64,000 nt of DNA from an uncultured Planctomycetales bacterium (GCA_964583975.1 CAZOXU010000001.1:35552-99551), one strand, 5' to 3'; shown: positions 19,203 to 28,915, numbered from the stretch's first letter. Program-made: numbers and translations. Notes: a model not told the origin generated them from the sequence alone.

Positions 19203-19958
19203 TTATTCTTCAGCTGCCATCTTAGCCATTTCTTCTTCAGAAATGTCAAAGTTCGCATGAACATGTTGAATATCTTCGTGATCTTCCAAAGATTCCATCA
19301 AACCCAAAACATTTTTTGCATCAGAACCCTCTACTTTGACCGTAGAATTAGGAATCATGGTCACTTCGGCAGAAGCTGTTTCGATCTTCTTAGCACCTAA
19401 AGCACTCTTAACTGCTTCAAAGGCTGACGGATCACAAATAACTTCAATGGTATCCCCATCAGCTTTAATATCATCAGCGCCAGCCTCTAGGGTCGCTTCC
19501 ATGACAGCATCTTCGCTAGATTTGGATTTATCAATGGTGATATAGCCTTTTTTGGTAAACATCCATGCGGTTGAACCTGCACCCGCTAAAGAACCGCCTT
19601 TTTTACCTAACAAATTACGAACTTCAGCAGTTGTACGATTTTTATTGTCAGTAAGACCTTCAATTAACATAGCTACCCCACCAGGTCCATACGCATCAAA
19701 AACAACTGTTTCATAAACAACGCCTGGTAATTCTCCTGTACCTTTTTTAATCGCATTTTCGACGTTGCTTTGAGGCATATTGCATTCACGGGCACGAGCC
19801 ACGGCAGCACGCAATCGGAAATTGGTATCCATGTTACCGCCGCCTTCTTTAGCAGCAGCTGTAACCTCTTTACTGACCTTGGTAAATACGGCTCCGCGCT
19901 TGGCGTCTTCCGCACCTTTTTTATGTTTAATTTTTGCCCATTTTGAATGACCTGACAT
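19203..19958 (-). CDS. yebC: YebC/PmpR-family DNA-binding transcriptional regulator
   Basis: MSGHSKWAKIKHKKG N-terminus, diagnostic of the YebC family. Confidence 0.9.
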   Translation of the reverse strand: MSGHSKWAKIKHKKGAEDAKRGAVFTKVSKEVTAAAKEGGGNMDTNFRLRAAVARARECNMPQSNVENAIKKGTGELPGVVYETVVFDAYGPGGVAMLIEGLTDNKNRTTAEVRNLLGKKGGSLAGAGSTAWMFTKKGYITIDKSKSSEDAVMEATLEAGADDIKADGDTIEVICDPSAFEAVKSALGAKKIETASAEVTMIPNSTVKVEGSDAKNVLGLMESLEDHEDIQHVHANFDISEEEMAKMAAEE

Positions 19959-20003
19959 TGTAAAAACCTCCTAAGTACTATTATTCACTTCCGTTGATAA
20001 AAA

Positions 20004-20370
20004 TAAACAAGTCAATAAGCCGAGTTTTGTGATCCCCACGTCTTGCTGTCGCAAGACAGCTGTGGGGACGATGACCATTTGACTAACTTTCACGCTTACG
20101 CATGAACATCTTGCAGCCTACCCGAGAATACAAGCGAGCCGGATTGCTCTCTTCTCCTATTTGGCATTGCTCCATGCAGAGATTGCTCGTTTCACTCCCA
20201 TTTAAGGGCATCGTCACTGTAGCTCTCCAGCCAAAGGCTGGTCCGCTTTTGGCGGAAATCCTCATCTATCTGACGATAGACGGTCTCGCATTATCGAGAT
20301 GCATTATCCTTTGGAGCTCGGACTTTCCTCCCCGATACCTTTAGTACCAGGGTGGCCATCCTGACTTGTT
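20004..20370 (-). ncRNA. rnpB: RNase P RNA (bacterial type A), ~367 nt. The 5' ~67 nt overlap the 3' end of the rnhA ORF.
   Basis: The minus-strand transcript reads GGGGAGGAAAGUCCGAGCUCCAAAGG (P4 5' strand, near identical to the universal GGAAAGUCCGGGCUCC), and a P3 hairpin CCCUGGUAC-UAAAG-GUAUCGGGG sits just 5' of it. It carries a GCCAAAUAGG motif and a P18-like hairpin GCUGUC-UUGC-GACAGC inside an outer GUCCCCAC/GUGGGGA stem. The P4 3' strand is CUCGGCUUAU. The 5' AACAAGUCAG pairs with the 3' UUGACUUGUU as P1/P2, followed by a U-tract. Confidence 0.7.
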
Positions 20371-20756
20371 TTTAAACCCTGACAAGCAAGTTTATCAGCC
20401 TCTTTATTTTGTTCCCGAGGCACATGCTTAAACTCTACTTGTCTAAAACCTTCGATTAATTTCTTAACTTCTTCAAAGAGCGGTCGGATATTCTCATGCT
20501 TTACTTTGTAATTACCCATAATCTGTTCGTACATCAACTGACTATCGGTCCTGACTAAAACTTCATCGGCTTTTAATTTTAAGGCTTCCTGCAACCCGCA
20601 AATTAATGCCGTATATTCTGCAATGTTATTGGTAGCCAACCCAATGCTCTGGGAAATTTCTTTAACGATCTGTTGTTGATTCCTGATAACCACACCGATG
20701 GCAGCAGGACCAGGATTACCAGAACAAGCCCCATCCGTATATATTTCTAGTCTCAT
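20304..20756 (-). CDS. rnhA: Ribonuclease HI
   Basis: MRLEIYTDGACSGNPGPAAIGVVI and catalytic D/E/D residues; 150 aa. The C-terminal ~23 codons are co-linear with the rnpB 5' region. Confidence 0.85.
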   Translation of the reverse strand: MRLEIYTDGACSGNPGPAAIGVVIRNQQQIVKEISQSIGLATNNIAEYTALICGLQEALKLKADEVLVRTDSQLMYEQIMGNYKVKHENIRPLFEEVKKLIEGFRQVEFKHVPREQNKEADKLACQGLKTSQDGHPGTKGIGEESPSSKG

Positions 20757-21478
20757 AAATCATCTTCAAGATAAAGAATACGAGCACACTGATCACAGCT
20801 CACTAACTGATCATTCATTTTAATCTGATGAATAATCTGCTCTGTCAAATGCATAAAACATCCGCCACACGCATGATCCTTAACAGGAACTATTCCTAAA
20901 CCTTCTTTATTTTGCAAAACTCTTTCGTAACGGCTTAAAATATCCGGACGCACATCGGGGGTTACACGAGCTCTTTGGGATTCCTTTACCTTTAACTGAT
21001 CACCCGCAACGGCAATGGCATCCTCAAGCTGTTTTTTCTTGATATTGAATTCTTTCTCAAAAGTTGCTACAACAGCCTTTTCAACTTCGACAGCCTTGCG
21101 TGCAGCTTCAATCTCATCCATACCTAAAAGAAGTTTTTCTTCTACTAAAGATTTATCAGCCTTAATATTTTCAATCTCCATCAATTTCGCCTGATATTCT
21201 TTGTTGGTCTTTAAAGCCAATAGTTGCCCATCAGCCTTAATAATGCCTTCTTCTTTGGATTTAAGATCACCTTCTAATTCTTTTTGTTTTAAAAGGACCT
21301 GTTTTAACTGATCCTCAAGACTTTTAAATGTAGATTTTTTTGATTCAAATTCTTGCTTTAGCGCTTCGATCTCTGATGGTTTATCTTTGAGTTCCATCTT
21401 AAGACGATAGGCTTCAAAGTCCATAGCTTGTAATTCTATAAGTTTTTTGATCTGATCTTTTATTGAAATGGTCGTCAT
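20753..21478 (-). CDS. COG1579-type zinc-ribbon / coiled-coil protein (putative nucleic-acid binding)
   Basis: A long coiled coil followed by a C-terminal C4 zinc ribbon (CGGC...CDQC). Confidence 0.65.
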   Translation of the reverse strand: MTTISIKDQIKKLIELQAMDFEAYRLKMELKDKPSEIEALKQEFESKKSTFKSLEDQLKQVLLKQKELEGDLKSKEEGIIKADGQLLALKTNKEYQAKLMEIENIKADKSLVEEKLLLGMDEIEAARKAVEVEKAVVATFEKEFNIKKKQLEDAIAVAGDQLKVKESQRARVTPDVRPDILSRYERVLQNKEGLGIVPVKDHACGGCFMHLTEQIIHQIKMNDQLVSCDQCARILYLEDDL

Positions 21479-21490
21479 ATTTTTCCAAAA

Positions 21491-21564
21491 TGGACTCAGT
21501 AGGACTTGAACCTACGGCCTTCGCCATGTGAGGGCGACGCTCTAACCAGCTGAGCTATGAGTCC
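21491..21564 (-). tRNA. tRNA-Val (anticodon CAC)
   Basis: Reverse-complement GGACUCAUAGCUCAGCUGGUUAGAGCGUCGCCCUCACAUGGCGAAGGCCGUAGGUUCAAGUCCUACUGAGUCCA. It folds as a cloverleaf with anticodon loop CUCACAU; no encoded CCA. Confidence 0.85.
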
Positions 21565-21578
21565 GTTACCACATTAAG

Positions 21579-21652
<74 letters not shown>

Positions 21653-21747
21653 AAAAATACTTTCACAGGCCTGTTAAAGAAGGGACAATATTAGCATAAT
21701 TTATATATAGAGGGAAAGGAAAATTTCCTACGCATCCAGCTTTTAGA

Positions 21748-22440
21748 TTACTTTTCCATTTTTTCTAAAGCTGAGACGGCTTCGGGGCCTAGATTGGTAA
21801 ATTGGACTCTAATGCGGTATGTTTTTCCAGCTACAATGTCTTCACAATCTAAAACTTCCCCTTCAATGGCCGTAATTTGGGGATAAGAAAAAGGAAATTG
21901 GATATTAAAAACAAGTACGGTTCCTGCTGGATAAGGCTCCAAAGAAAAAAACTTTAACCCTCCGCGACTTATATCCTGAAACCAAGCTAAAGTATGTATG
22001 CCATCTTGTTTGTCTTTCAAATAAAAAAGAGCCATGAATTTCTGTTCAATACGCACATGGGCCCGCTGTTCGGGTGGCGGAGTCTTTTCTAAATTGTAGC
22101 GCTCCATTTGCTCCAAGGCAGCAGTTGCTTCAGGAGACAATTGTATAAACTTAACTCCTATCTTATGCACATTATTGGGAACGACCTTTTGCACATTGAC
22201 CACTTCGCCTTCCATAGCCACTTCGCCATCATAAGGAAAATTGACGATGAGACTAAATATGGTGCCGTTTGGGTAGGAATCGAGTGCAAAGAAACTTAAA
22301 CCGCCTTTGGAAATGTCTGATAATTTAGATATATCAAAAACTTTCTGAGGGCTATTTTTAAGCGCAAACTTGACAACAAATGATTTTCGAAAACGCGTAT
22401 GAATACGATTATCTTTCATAAGATATCTTTTACCACGCAT
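21748..22440 (-). CDS. Tandem PilZ-domain protein (c-di-GMP receptor)
   Basis: Two repeats, each with RxxxR (RFRKSF, RIEQKF) and D-x-S-x-GG (DISKGGLSFF, DISRGGLKFF) motifs. Confidence 0.7.
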   Translation of the reverse strand: MRGKRYLMKDNRIHTRFRKSFVVKFALKNSPQKVFDISKLSDISKGGLSFFALDSYPNGTIFSLIVNFPYDGEVAMEGEVVNVQKVVPNNVHKIGVKFIQLSPEATAALEQMERYNLEKTPPPEQRAHVRIEQKFMALFYLKDKQDGIHTLAWFQDISRGGLKFFSLEPYPAGTVLVFNIQFPFSYPQITAIEGEVLDCEDIVAGKTYRIRVQFTNLGPEAVSALEKMEK

Positions 22441-22478
22441 CCATATAAAAAACCATCTAAAACCTTGAATAAATAAAC

Positions 22479-25400
22479 TTAGATCTTCGCCACTTGCTCA
22501 AATGAGCGAGTATCTTCTAATCCTAAGATAGGTAGGACACTGTTAAGAGGAGTAATACGAAGAATAACGGGGATAACGCCTGAAAAATCTCCTTTTTGAA
22601 ATTCTGCAACCATCGCTGGATTTCCGCCAAAGGCGGACCAGCCTCTGGCTGGAAACTTCACTGCAACACCTTGAGCATCTTTAGTGATATCCAGCCCCAT
22701 ATTCTTAGCGTTTAAGTCAATACCACCTTTTGCAGCCACTTGAGCTGGATCTTCGCGCTCTGCTGTATCATCAACCCTTTTGAATTCAACCATCGCTGCA
22801 TCTGAAGCATTTAAACTAATTTCTGAGGAAACCCTATTAGAGAAAAACTCTCCGGTAAAGCCAAATCCAAATAACATGTCAGGAAAACGAGCCTTAAGGA
22901 ATGCTTTTAATGTTTCATTCAATGCTGTCCTCACCTTTATGAACTGATCGTGATCAATCAAAGACACCCCATCCCCATCTGATCGCTCTTCTTGTGAAGA
23001 ACCCGCACGCACTAAATTAGTAATATTAATTTCAAGACCAAGGACACTATTGCTGACTTCCAAATCTTTAGCTTCGATCCCCAGATCCAATCTGGTGTTC
23101 AAATCAACCAGAATCTTATACTTGTATTTTTCAATTCCTATCTTTAACGCTTCTTGTTCCTTTGCAATCTGTTCCTTTATTTGATCTTTTGAAATTTGAT
23201 CTAATAGCCTGCTCAAGAATCTTGGATCACTACCTTCTAAAACCCAAGGGTGAGATCTTTCAAAAATTCGAACAAGCCTCCATGCTTCTTTGTACCGGCC
23301 GGCTGCTTTCAAAGACTCAAAATCTATTTCTAATTTCTTTAAAAGTCTTCGTTGTTTTGACTCCAGATGAACATTTAATTCCAATAAAACATCTTCCTCA
23401 TCCATATACAACAGAGGATTTTGTTCTTTAAATCTAATGATTAAATCTTCAGCTCCTTTGAAATCGTCCCTCTCTACAAATTCTCTAACATTCGAATTCA
23501 GCACCCTCAAAGATTCTTTCCTTTCAGATTCTTCTTTAGGAAAATCTGCTTTGCGATGTGCCAAAATAATTTGTTGAGCAATAATTACTCTTTGCGCATT
23601 CGTTGTTGGACCATACTGTTTTTCTTCCTCGATGACGCGCATTTTCCACTCATCAAAAAGACTAGAAAAAACGACTTGCGGATTATTTTTAAGATATTGA
23701 TCATCATCTAACGGAAGCTGATCATCAAACCTTCCCTGTCTCATTTCAATAAGAAATCCATTAAAATAAAACAACTCATCTTCATCTTTAACAGAGAAGC
23801 CTTTGACAATCCTATCCCTATCTTGATCAAAAATATCTCTGCGTTTCTTTTGTATAAATCTCTCCCCAGCGCTAATCATGTTCTCTTTAACGAAGTTTTT
23901 AGTTCCAATTTGGATTTGACGCCTTAATATGTCAACTCTCCAGGCCCAATAAAAAATGGATGAATAATAATCTTCAACTGGCAACTGAAAACTATTTTTC
24001 TCTTCTAATCTCATACTTTGACTATTCAATGGCCACCCACTCTTCACAGCAATTAAAAACATATAAAAATGATACAAGGCTTCTCGCTCATCATAGATCG
24101 TTGGATCTGGCTCTAACAATTTTTTATTTCGTTCTAAAATAGCATTAATGACCTGATTAAATCGCTCTGGCGTAGCTTCATCTGCAAGCCCTTCTACTTC
24201 ATCAATCATTTGAACTGTTTCTTTAGATGGATCCCTATCAAACGCTTTCCTAAAATTCACCTGTGTTTGACCTTCCTTATATTCTTCAAAATTGGTTGAT
24301 ATCATCCACTGGACATAATCAATAAAATCTTTAAACGCAAGAAGTTGCGGACTATCCGGGGCAGATGCATTCATCGCTGCATCAGAAAACTTTTCAGCAG
24401 CTTTGGCATCAACAACATAGGTTACATTAGAATGAGCCTGCAAATAGGAGGCTGAGCTTTCAGGTGAGATTGAACCTGTTACAGATTGATATACAGCCTC
24501 AGCTTTCTTATCTCCGGTGGCTGCAATCATAACTTCTTGAGCGTCCATAATGGTTCCAATACCCACACTCAAGGCTTCGACTGGCATCAAAGAAACATCA
24601 TCTTTAAAATACCTACCGTTATCAATGATGGTTTGAATCGCCAAATAGACATGCCTGGTCCGTGAACGGGCAATTTCTTGAGCATTTTCAAACTTAACAT
24701 CATTAGGATTAAGGCCTAGTGATCCAACGGCATCACGAAACACTTGGAGGTTTTGATAATCTTGAGCATCTAAATAAATGACGGTTTTCTGCTTCCTGAT
24801 CTTGCGAGTTAAACGTTCGATAGCTTCAGGTATTTGAGGATTATTGGCCGCAACAAATTTCTCGGTTAAAAACCTAATCAGCTCTACTTCTTCTCTTAAT
24901 TGGGCATGCCTTTGCAAAACTTGCTTAACCTTCTCAACTCCACCTTTAACATAGAACTCATTGAATCCTCTGAGATTTTCAATATTCCCAGCTTCAGCAC
25001 CATTAATCACAATAATCGGTTCATTAAATGCTATATGACGGTCTGTACCAATCCCGCCATAGGCTAGCTCAACGCCACCAGCATCCCTAATAACCTTTTC
25101 ATAACGCTCTACCTCTGCCTCGATATCTGTAGCATTACCATTTAAAAGATGCGCATTTTCTTCCTTCCATCCCAAATCCAATTTCCTCAATTTGCTAAAT
25201 AAATGTGTTTCCATATATTGCCTGTAGCTTTGGGAATTCTTGTCCCACTGCTCAGCTTCAGGCCCTACATAATATTCATCCATGTTAATAGTAATCAAAT
25301 TAGAAAGATCGATTTGTTCAGCTTTGACAATTTCTACAAATAATCTATAAAATTCTTCCTGGGTTCCGCCCGTAGGTAAAATAACTACTGTTTTCTTCTT

Positions 25401-26975
25401 TAAATGATTATTGATCTTAACAATTTCAGCCATACGTCTGGCAAAACGATAACCAACAGATTCAGGCAGGTCATATGTTTCGCCTTTAACTTTACCTACA
25501 TTCCATTTAGATATTTTAAGATGATTGCTTACCTTCCATCTCCTCATTGCTCTGTATAAGGTTAGGTCACCACCTTCAGATTTGCGCTTATTTACTAAAA
25601 TTCCAGAATTATTAGGCACACTATCAATTAATCGTCTTTCTAATTCTCTACTCGTCGATCTCTGTGTGGGATAAAGTTTTGTAGTTGGTAAAGGTATTTC
25701 AAAATCTTGCGCTGCTTTATACAAAGTCTGATCTCCACCATTTTCTATCGTTTCATGAATTAAAAAACTCGCATTATTAGGCAACCCTGCCTTGTCTCTT
25801 TCTGCCAACTTTGCTACCACTGATTCTGGAGTCGGATACTTTATACTCATGGCTCGATCAACCGCCACTGTAGCTATAGCTAAATCACCGACAGCCTCTG
25901 TGCTTTCGCCAGCTTGTAAACTTTGCACCCTTTGAATTAAACGATCAGGGGCGATTTCAAAAAACTTTTCTCCACCAGAGAAATACTTGCGAGCAATAGG
26001 TTGTTTGCTTACCGCATCCATATCTTCCTTTATATAATTAAACACACCTTTTTTATAAGCCTTCAGATACTGCTCATAAATTTTCTCTTTATCTTTTACG
26101 TCATCAGAGAGAACGCCGCCAGTCTTAGCCTTATTGCTGTAAACTTGATTCAAGAGAGCATCTTTCAAAGCTAGCTTGTACCAGGAAGCTAGGATCATAG
26201 AATGAAAAATCTGACGTAAAGGAGCGAAGTTTTTGCCCTCATTAACTTCTTTTTCTATTTCTGGAAGGATGAGATCGCGAACGATTTGATTTGAATCCTG
26301 TGCCCGTACGGCATTCTTATTCATCGCCAAATAATCTTCTTCCAACATCACCTTCAAATGCGAACCAACCACATAGGCTGTATTATTACGTTCTAAAATC
26401 TTAGCCTTATCAGCCATGATCCAAACCTTATTGAAGGTATTAACAGGCACCTCTTTGTCACCATAGAGTTGCTGGGCTTTAGCATAGATTCTGCTCCAAA
26501 ACTCCTTACCCAATTGCTTCTCTGGGTAGATTAACGAGGCAGTTAATTGTTTAAGGATATAATCCTGAGCCAACATATCCCGACCCAGCTCAGTTTTGCC
26601 TAATTCCTCTGGAACGATCCTATCTTTCTCATAGGGAGATAAATTGACCCACAAGTCTGCCTCGGGGATAGTTAAAGCGGCTAGAAAATATTTGATTAAT
26701 TTCTGCGATTCTAATTGTAGGGGCGAGGCGCCTGCCGACGAGGCAGGGATTTGCACAGATAATCCCGAATGACCTGTATCTAGGATAAAATCGAATAACA
26801 ACGGATTCTCAGGATGGACCTTCAGGCCTTTGATCAGCACAGGAGTATAGGTAGAGCTCAAATTTACCATGGTGCCCGGCTCGGGCAAAGGAGTCGAAGC
26901 ATAGCTGCGCTGAGGAGCAATGACCGAAGTAGATATAAAGCTAATAATAAGACATAGGGAAATAATACGTTTCAT
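22479..26975 (-). CDS. Large secreted protein (1498 aa) with an internal glucosamine-6-phosphate deaminase / 6-phosphogluconolactonase (NagB-fold) domain
   Basis: Signal peptide MKRIISLCLIISFISTSVIA. Central region matches NagB/Pgl motifs (VVILPTGGTQEEFYRLFVEIVK, INMDEYYVG, YGGIGTDRHIAFNEP, SVGIGTIMDAQEVMIAATGDKKAEAV). The N- and C-terminal ~450 aa each carry no motif I recognise. Confidence 0.6.
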   Translation of the reverse strand: MKRIISLCLIISFISTSVIAPQRSYASTPLPEPGTMVNLSSTYTPVLIKGLKVHPENPLLFDFILDTGHSGLSVQIPASSAGASPLQLESQKLIKYFLAALTIPEADLWVNLSPYEKDRIVPEELGKTELGRDMLAQDYILKQLTASLIYPEKQLGKEFWSRIYAKAQQLYGDKEVPVNTFNKVWIMADKAKILERNNTAYVVGSHLKVMLEEDYLAMNKNAVRAQDSNQIVRDLILPEIEKEVNEGKNFAPLRQIFHSMILASWYKLALKDALLNQVYSNKAKTGGVLSDDVKDKEKIYEQYLKAYKKGVFNYIKEDMDAVSKQPIARKYFSGGEKFFEIAPDRLIQRVQSLQAGESTEAVGDLAIATVAVDRAMSIKYPTPESVVAKLAERDKAGLPNNASFLIHETIENGGDQTLYKAAQDFEIPLPTTKLYPTQRSTSRELERRLIDSVPNNSGILVNKRKSEGGDLTLYRAMRRWKVSNHLKISKWNVGKVKGETYDLPESVGYRFARRMAEIVKINNHLKKKTVVILPTGGTQEEFYRLFVEIVKAEQIDLSNLITINMDEYYVGPEAEQWDKNSQSYRQYMETHLFSKLRKLDLGWKEENAHLLNGNATDIEAEVERYEKVIRDAGGVELAYGGIGTDRHIAFNEPIIVINGAEAGNIENLRGFNEFYVKGGVEKVKQVLQRHAQLREEVELIRFLTEKFVAANNPQIPEAIERLTRKIRKQKTVIYLDAQDYQNLQVFRDAVGSLGLNPNDVKFENAQEIARSRTRHVYLAIQTIIDNGRYFKDDVSLMPVEALSVGIGTIMDAQEVMIAATGDKKAEAVYQSVTGSISPESSASYLQAHSNVTYVVDAKAAEKFSDAAMNASAPDSPQLLAFKDFIDYVQWMISTNFEEYKEGQTQVNFRKAFDRDPSKETVQMIDEVEGLADEATPERFNQVINAILERNKKLLEPDPTIYDEREALYHFYMFLIAVKSGWPLNSQSMRLEEKNSFQLPVEDYYSSIFYWAWRVDILRRQIQIGTKNFVKENMISAGERFIQKKRRDIFDQDRDRIVKGFSVKDEDELFYFNGFLIEMRQGRFDDQLPLDDDQYLKNNPQVVFSSLFDEWKMRVIEEEKQYGPTTNAQRVIIAQQIILAHRKADFPKEESERKESLRVLNSNVREFVERDDFKGAEDLIIRFKEQNPLLYMDEEDVLLELNVHLESKQRRLLKKLEIDFESLKAAGRYKEAWRLVRIFERSHPWVLEGSDPRFLSRLLDQISKDQIKEQIAKEQEALKIGIEKYKYKILVDLNTRLDLGIEAKDLEVSNSVLGLEINITNLVRAGSSQEERSDGDGVSLIDHDQFIKVRTALNETLKAFLKARFPDMLFGFGFTGEFFSNRVSSEISLNASDAAMVEFKRVDDTAEREDPAQVAAKGGIDLNAKNMGLDITKDAQGVAVKFPARGWSAFGGNPAMVAEFQKGDFSGVIPVILRITPLNSVLPILGLEDTRSFEQVAKI

Positions 26976-27023
26976 AGGTACAAAAAAGATATCACATAAT
27001 ATATATATTAGCCAATTCTCGAC

Positions 27024-27062
27024 AAAAAAATCCCCTTAACTCCTTTAAAAGAAATTAAGGGG
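27024..27062 (-). terminator. Rho-independent terminator after glnK
   Basis: On the minus strand, ccccttaa-tttcttttaaaggag-ttaagggg followed by a TTTTTTT run. Confidence 0.55.
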
Positions 27063-27073
27063 AAAATACCATT

Positions 27074-27415
27074 CTAACCAATGGCCTTAGAACCTTCTTC
27101 ACCCGTGCGGATACGAATACACCGAGGCAGATCCAAAACAAAGACCTTACCATCACCGATCTTGCCTGTTCGCGCTCCTTTGATAATAGCCTTAATGGTT
27201 GGCTCGACATAATCCTCATTAACAGCTATTTCAATCTGAATCTTCCTGAGCAAATTACCTGTTTCCTTAACACCTCGGTAATACTCATCAACACCTACCT
27301 GACGGCCGTGCCCTAAAACTTCACTAACCGTAATCAAATTAACCTCGGCTGCATAGAGCTCTCTTTTGACATCTTCAAGTCGATGCGGTTGTATAATAGC
27401 GATGACCAATTTCAT
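27074..27415 (-). CDS. glnK: Nitrogen regulatory protein P-II. The start was moved to MKLVIAII to give the canonical 113 aa.
   Basis: P-II fold with T-loop RGVKETGNLLRK (the Tyr site is replaced) and a C-terminal GDGKVFV. It is paired with amt. Confidence 0.85.
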   Translation of the reverse strand: MKLVIAIIQPHRLEDVKRELYAAEVNLITVSEVLGHGRQVGVDEYYRGVKETGNLLRKIQIEIAVNEDYVEPTIKAIIKGARTGKIGDGKVFVLDLPRCIRIRTGEEGSKAIG

Positions 27416-27433
27416 TATAATCTCCTTTATCTC

Positions 27434-27503
27434 TGTCATCCCCGAATGTATTTATCGGGGATCTAGTTCTCTGGATTCCCGACAAAAGCTTTCGGGAATG
27501 ACA
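27434..27503. repeat. Double-hairpin intergenic repeat, copy C
   Basis: gtcatccccgaatgtatttatcggggatctag...attcccgacaaaagctttcgggaatgacat, between amt and glnK. Confidence 0.7.
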
Positions 27504-27510
27504 TTTTGTT

Positions 27511-28749
27511 TTAATCTAATATCGTGTACGCTCTTTCGTGATGCTGCGTTAAATCCAATCCCATAATCTCATCTTCTGCGCTCACACGAATTGGAATGAT
27601 ACGATTAACCACATAACAAATAATCCAAGTCACACTTGCACAATAAACAATGGTGATTAAAGCACATTTAGCCTGAGTTACAAACTGAGCTGGATTACCC
27701 AGCAGCCAGCCATCTGCTCCTGCAGGGTTAACAACCTTAGTTGCGATCACCCCCGTAGCTAATATTCCCCAAAAACCACCAACAGCGTGTACCCCAAAAG
27801 CATCCAAGGAGTCATCATATTTAAATTTCTGCTTAATAACTCCTACAGCAAAATAGCTGATAATACTTACAACCAAACCAATGATCAATGCTCCTGAAAA
27901 ATTCACAAAACCTGCGGCTGGAGTTATAGCTACCAGTCCTGCGACTGCCCCGGTTAAAGCACCAAAAAGAGTTGGCTTTCCTGTTAAATACCACTCCAGA
28001 GCAGCCCAACCCACGGTTGCTGCTGCAGCTGCGGTATTGGTCGTTATAAAAGCATTGACCGCAACAGCATTGGCAGCCAAGGCAGAACCTGCGTTAAAAC
28101 CAATCCAACCAAACCACAGCAAGCTTGCTCCTAAAGCAACAAAAGGAACATTGTGTAAACTTGGTTGTGTAACCCCGATACGACGACCCAAAAATAAGGC
28201 GGTTACCAATCCAGCAATACCACAGTTAATTTCAACAACGGTACCTCCGGCAAAATCTAAGAGTCCCCAGTTACGAAAAAGCCCGCCAACTCCCCAGGCC
28301 ATATGAGCCACAGGACAATAGACAAAGGTTAACCATAAAACCGTAAATAGTAAAAATGCGGAGAACTTCACTCGTTCGGCATAGGAACCAACGATAACTG
28401 CAGGTGTGATAACAGCAAACATGCACTGAAAAAGCATGAATGCAGCATGAGGAATGCTAGAGGCATAATCGGGATTAGGCGCTGCCCCGACACCGTTTAA
28501 CATTAGATAATCGAATCCACCAAAGAGCGAATTGCCTGGGGCAAAGGCCAGAGAGTATCCATAAATCCCCCAAAGCACACTGATTAAGGCCAAACAGGCC
28601 ATACATTGCATCAAAATTCCAAGAATATTCTTACGACGAACCATCCCTCCATAAAAAAAGCCCAGCGCTGGAGTCATTAATAATACCAAGGCTGTTGAAA
28701 CCATTACCCATGCCGTATCGCCGGCACTGATTTGATTGACTGAATCCAT
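27511..28749 (-). CDS. amt: Ammonium transporter
   Basis: An 11-TM Amt/MEP family protein with the DFAGGTVVEINCG signature. Confidence 0.9.
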   Translation of the reverse strand: MDSVNQISAGDTAWVMVSTALVLLMTPALGFFYGGMVRRKNILGILMQCMACLALISVLWGIYGYSLAFAPGNSLFGGFDYLMLNGVGAAPNPDYASSIPHAAFMLFQCMFAVITPAVIVGSYAERVKFSAFLLFTVLWLTFVYCPVAHMAWGVGGLFRNWGLLDFAGGTVVEINCGIAGLVTALFLGRRIGVTQPSLHNVPFVALGASLLWFGWIGFNAGSALAANAVAVNAFITTNTAAAAATVGWAALEWYLTGKPTLFGALTGAVAGLVAITPAAGFVNFSGALIIGLVVSIISYFAVGVIKQKFKYDDSLDAFGVHAVGGFWGILATGVIATKVVNPAGADGWLLGNPAQFVTQAKCALITIVYCASVTWIICYVVNRIIPIRVSAEDEIMGLDLTQHHERAYTILD

Positions 28750-28865
28750 ATAGAAACATCTCCTTCATACAGCTCTCCTTAATAAAATTCTCCATCAATG
28801 GATCCGTGAGCTTCTTTGCTCTAAAAAGAGAACGTCAATGCCCTCTTTGAAATGAATTTGGCGAA

Positions 28866-28872
28866 ATTATAA
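28866..28872 (-). promoter_or_regulatory. Extended -10 element (TGTTATAAT on the minus strand) upstream of amt
   Basis: TGnTATAAT match ~115 nt upstream of the amt start. No convincing -35 element. Confidence 0.25.
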
Positions 28873-28915
28873 CAAAAAATTCTCAAAAAGAAATTACAAA
28901 AAATCTTAAAAGGGA

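Noticed and set aside
20031-20078. A fifth copy of the double-hairpin repeat (gtgatccccac...gtggggacgatgac) between yebC and rnhA
   Set aside because: It has only one nested hairpin. Its inner stem (GCUGUC-UUGC-GACAGC), and its position just 5' of the CUCGGCUUAU P4 3' strand, match the P18 region of RNase P RNA. I therefore treat it as part of rnpB rather than a mobile repeat.
27881-28306. 141-aa plus-strand ORF rich in Ala/Pro/Thr
   Set aside because: It is entirely antisense to the well-supported amt gene, in a GC-richer coding stretch. This is typical of a shadow ORF.
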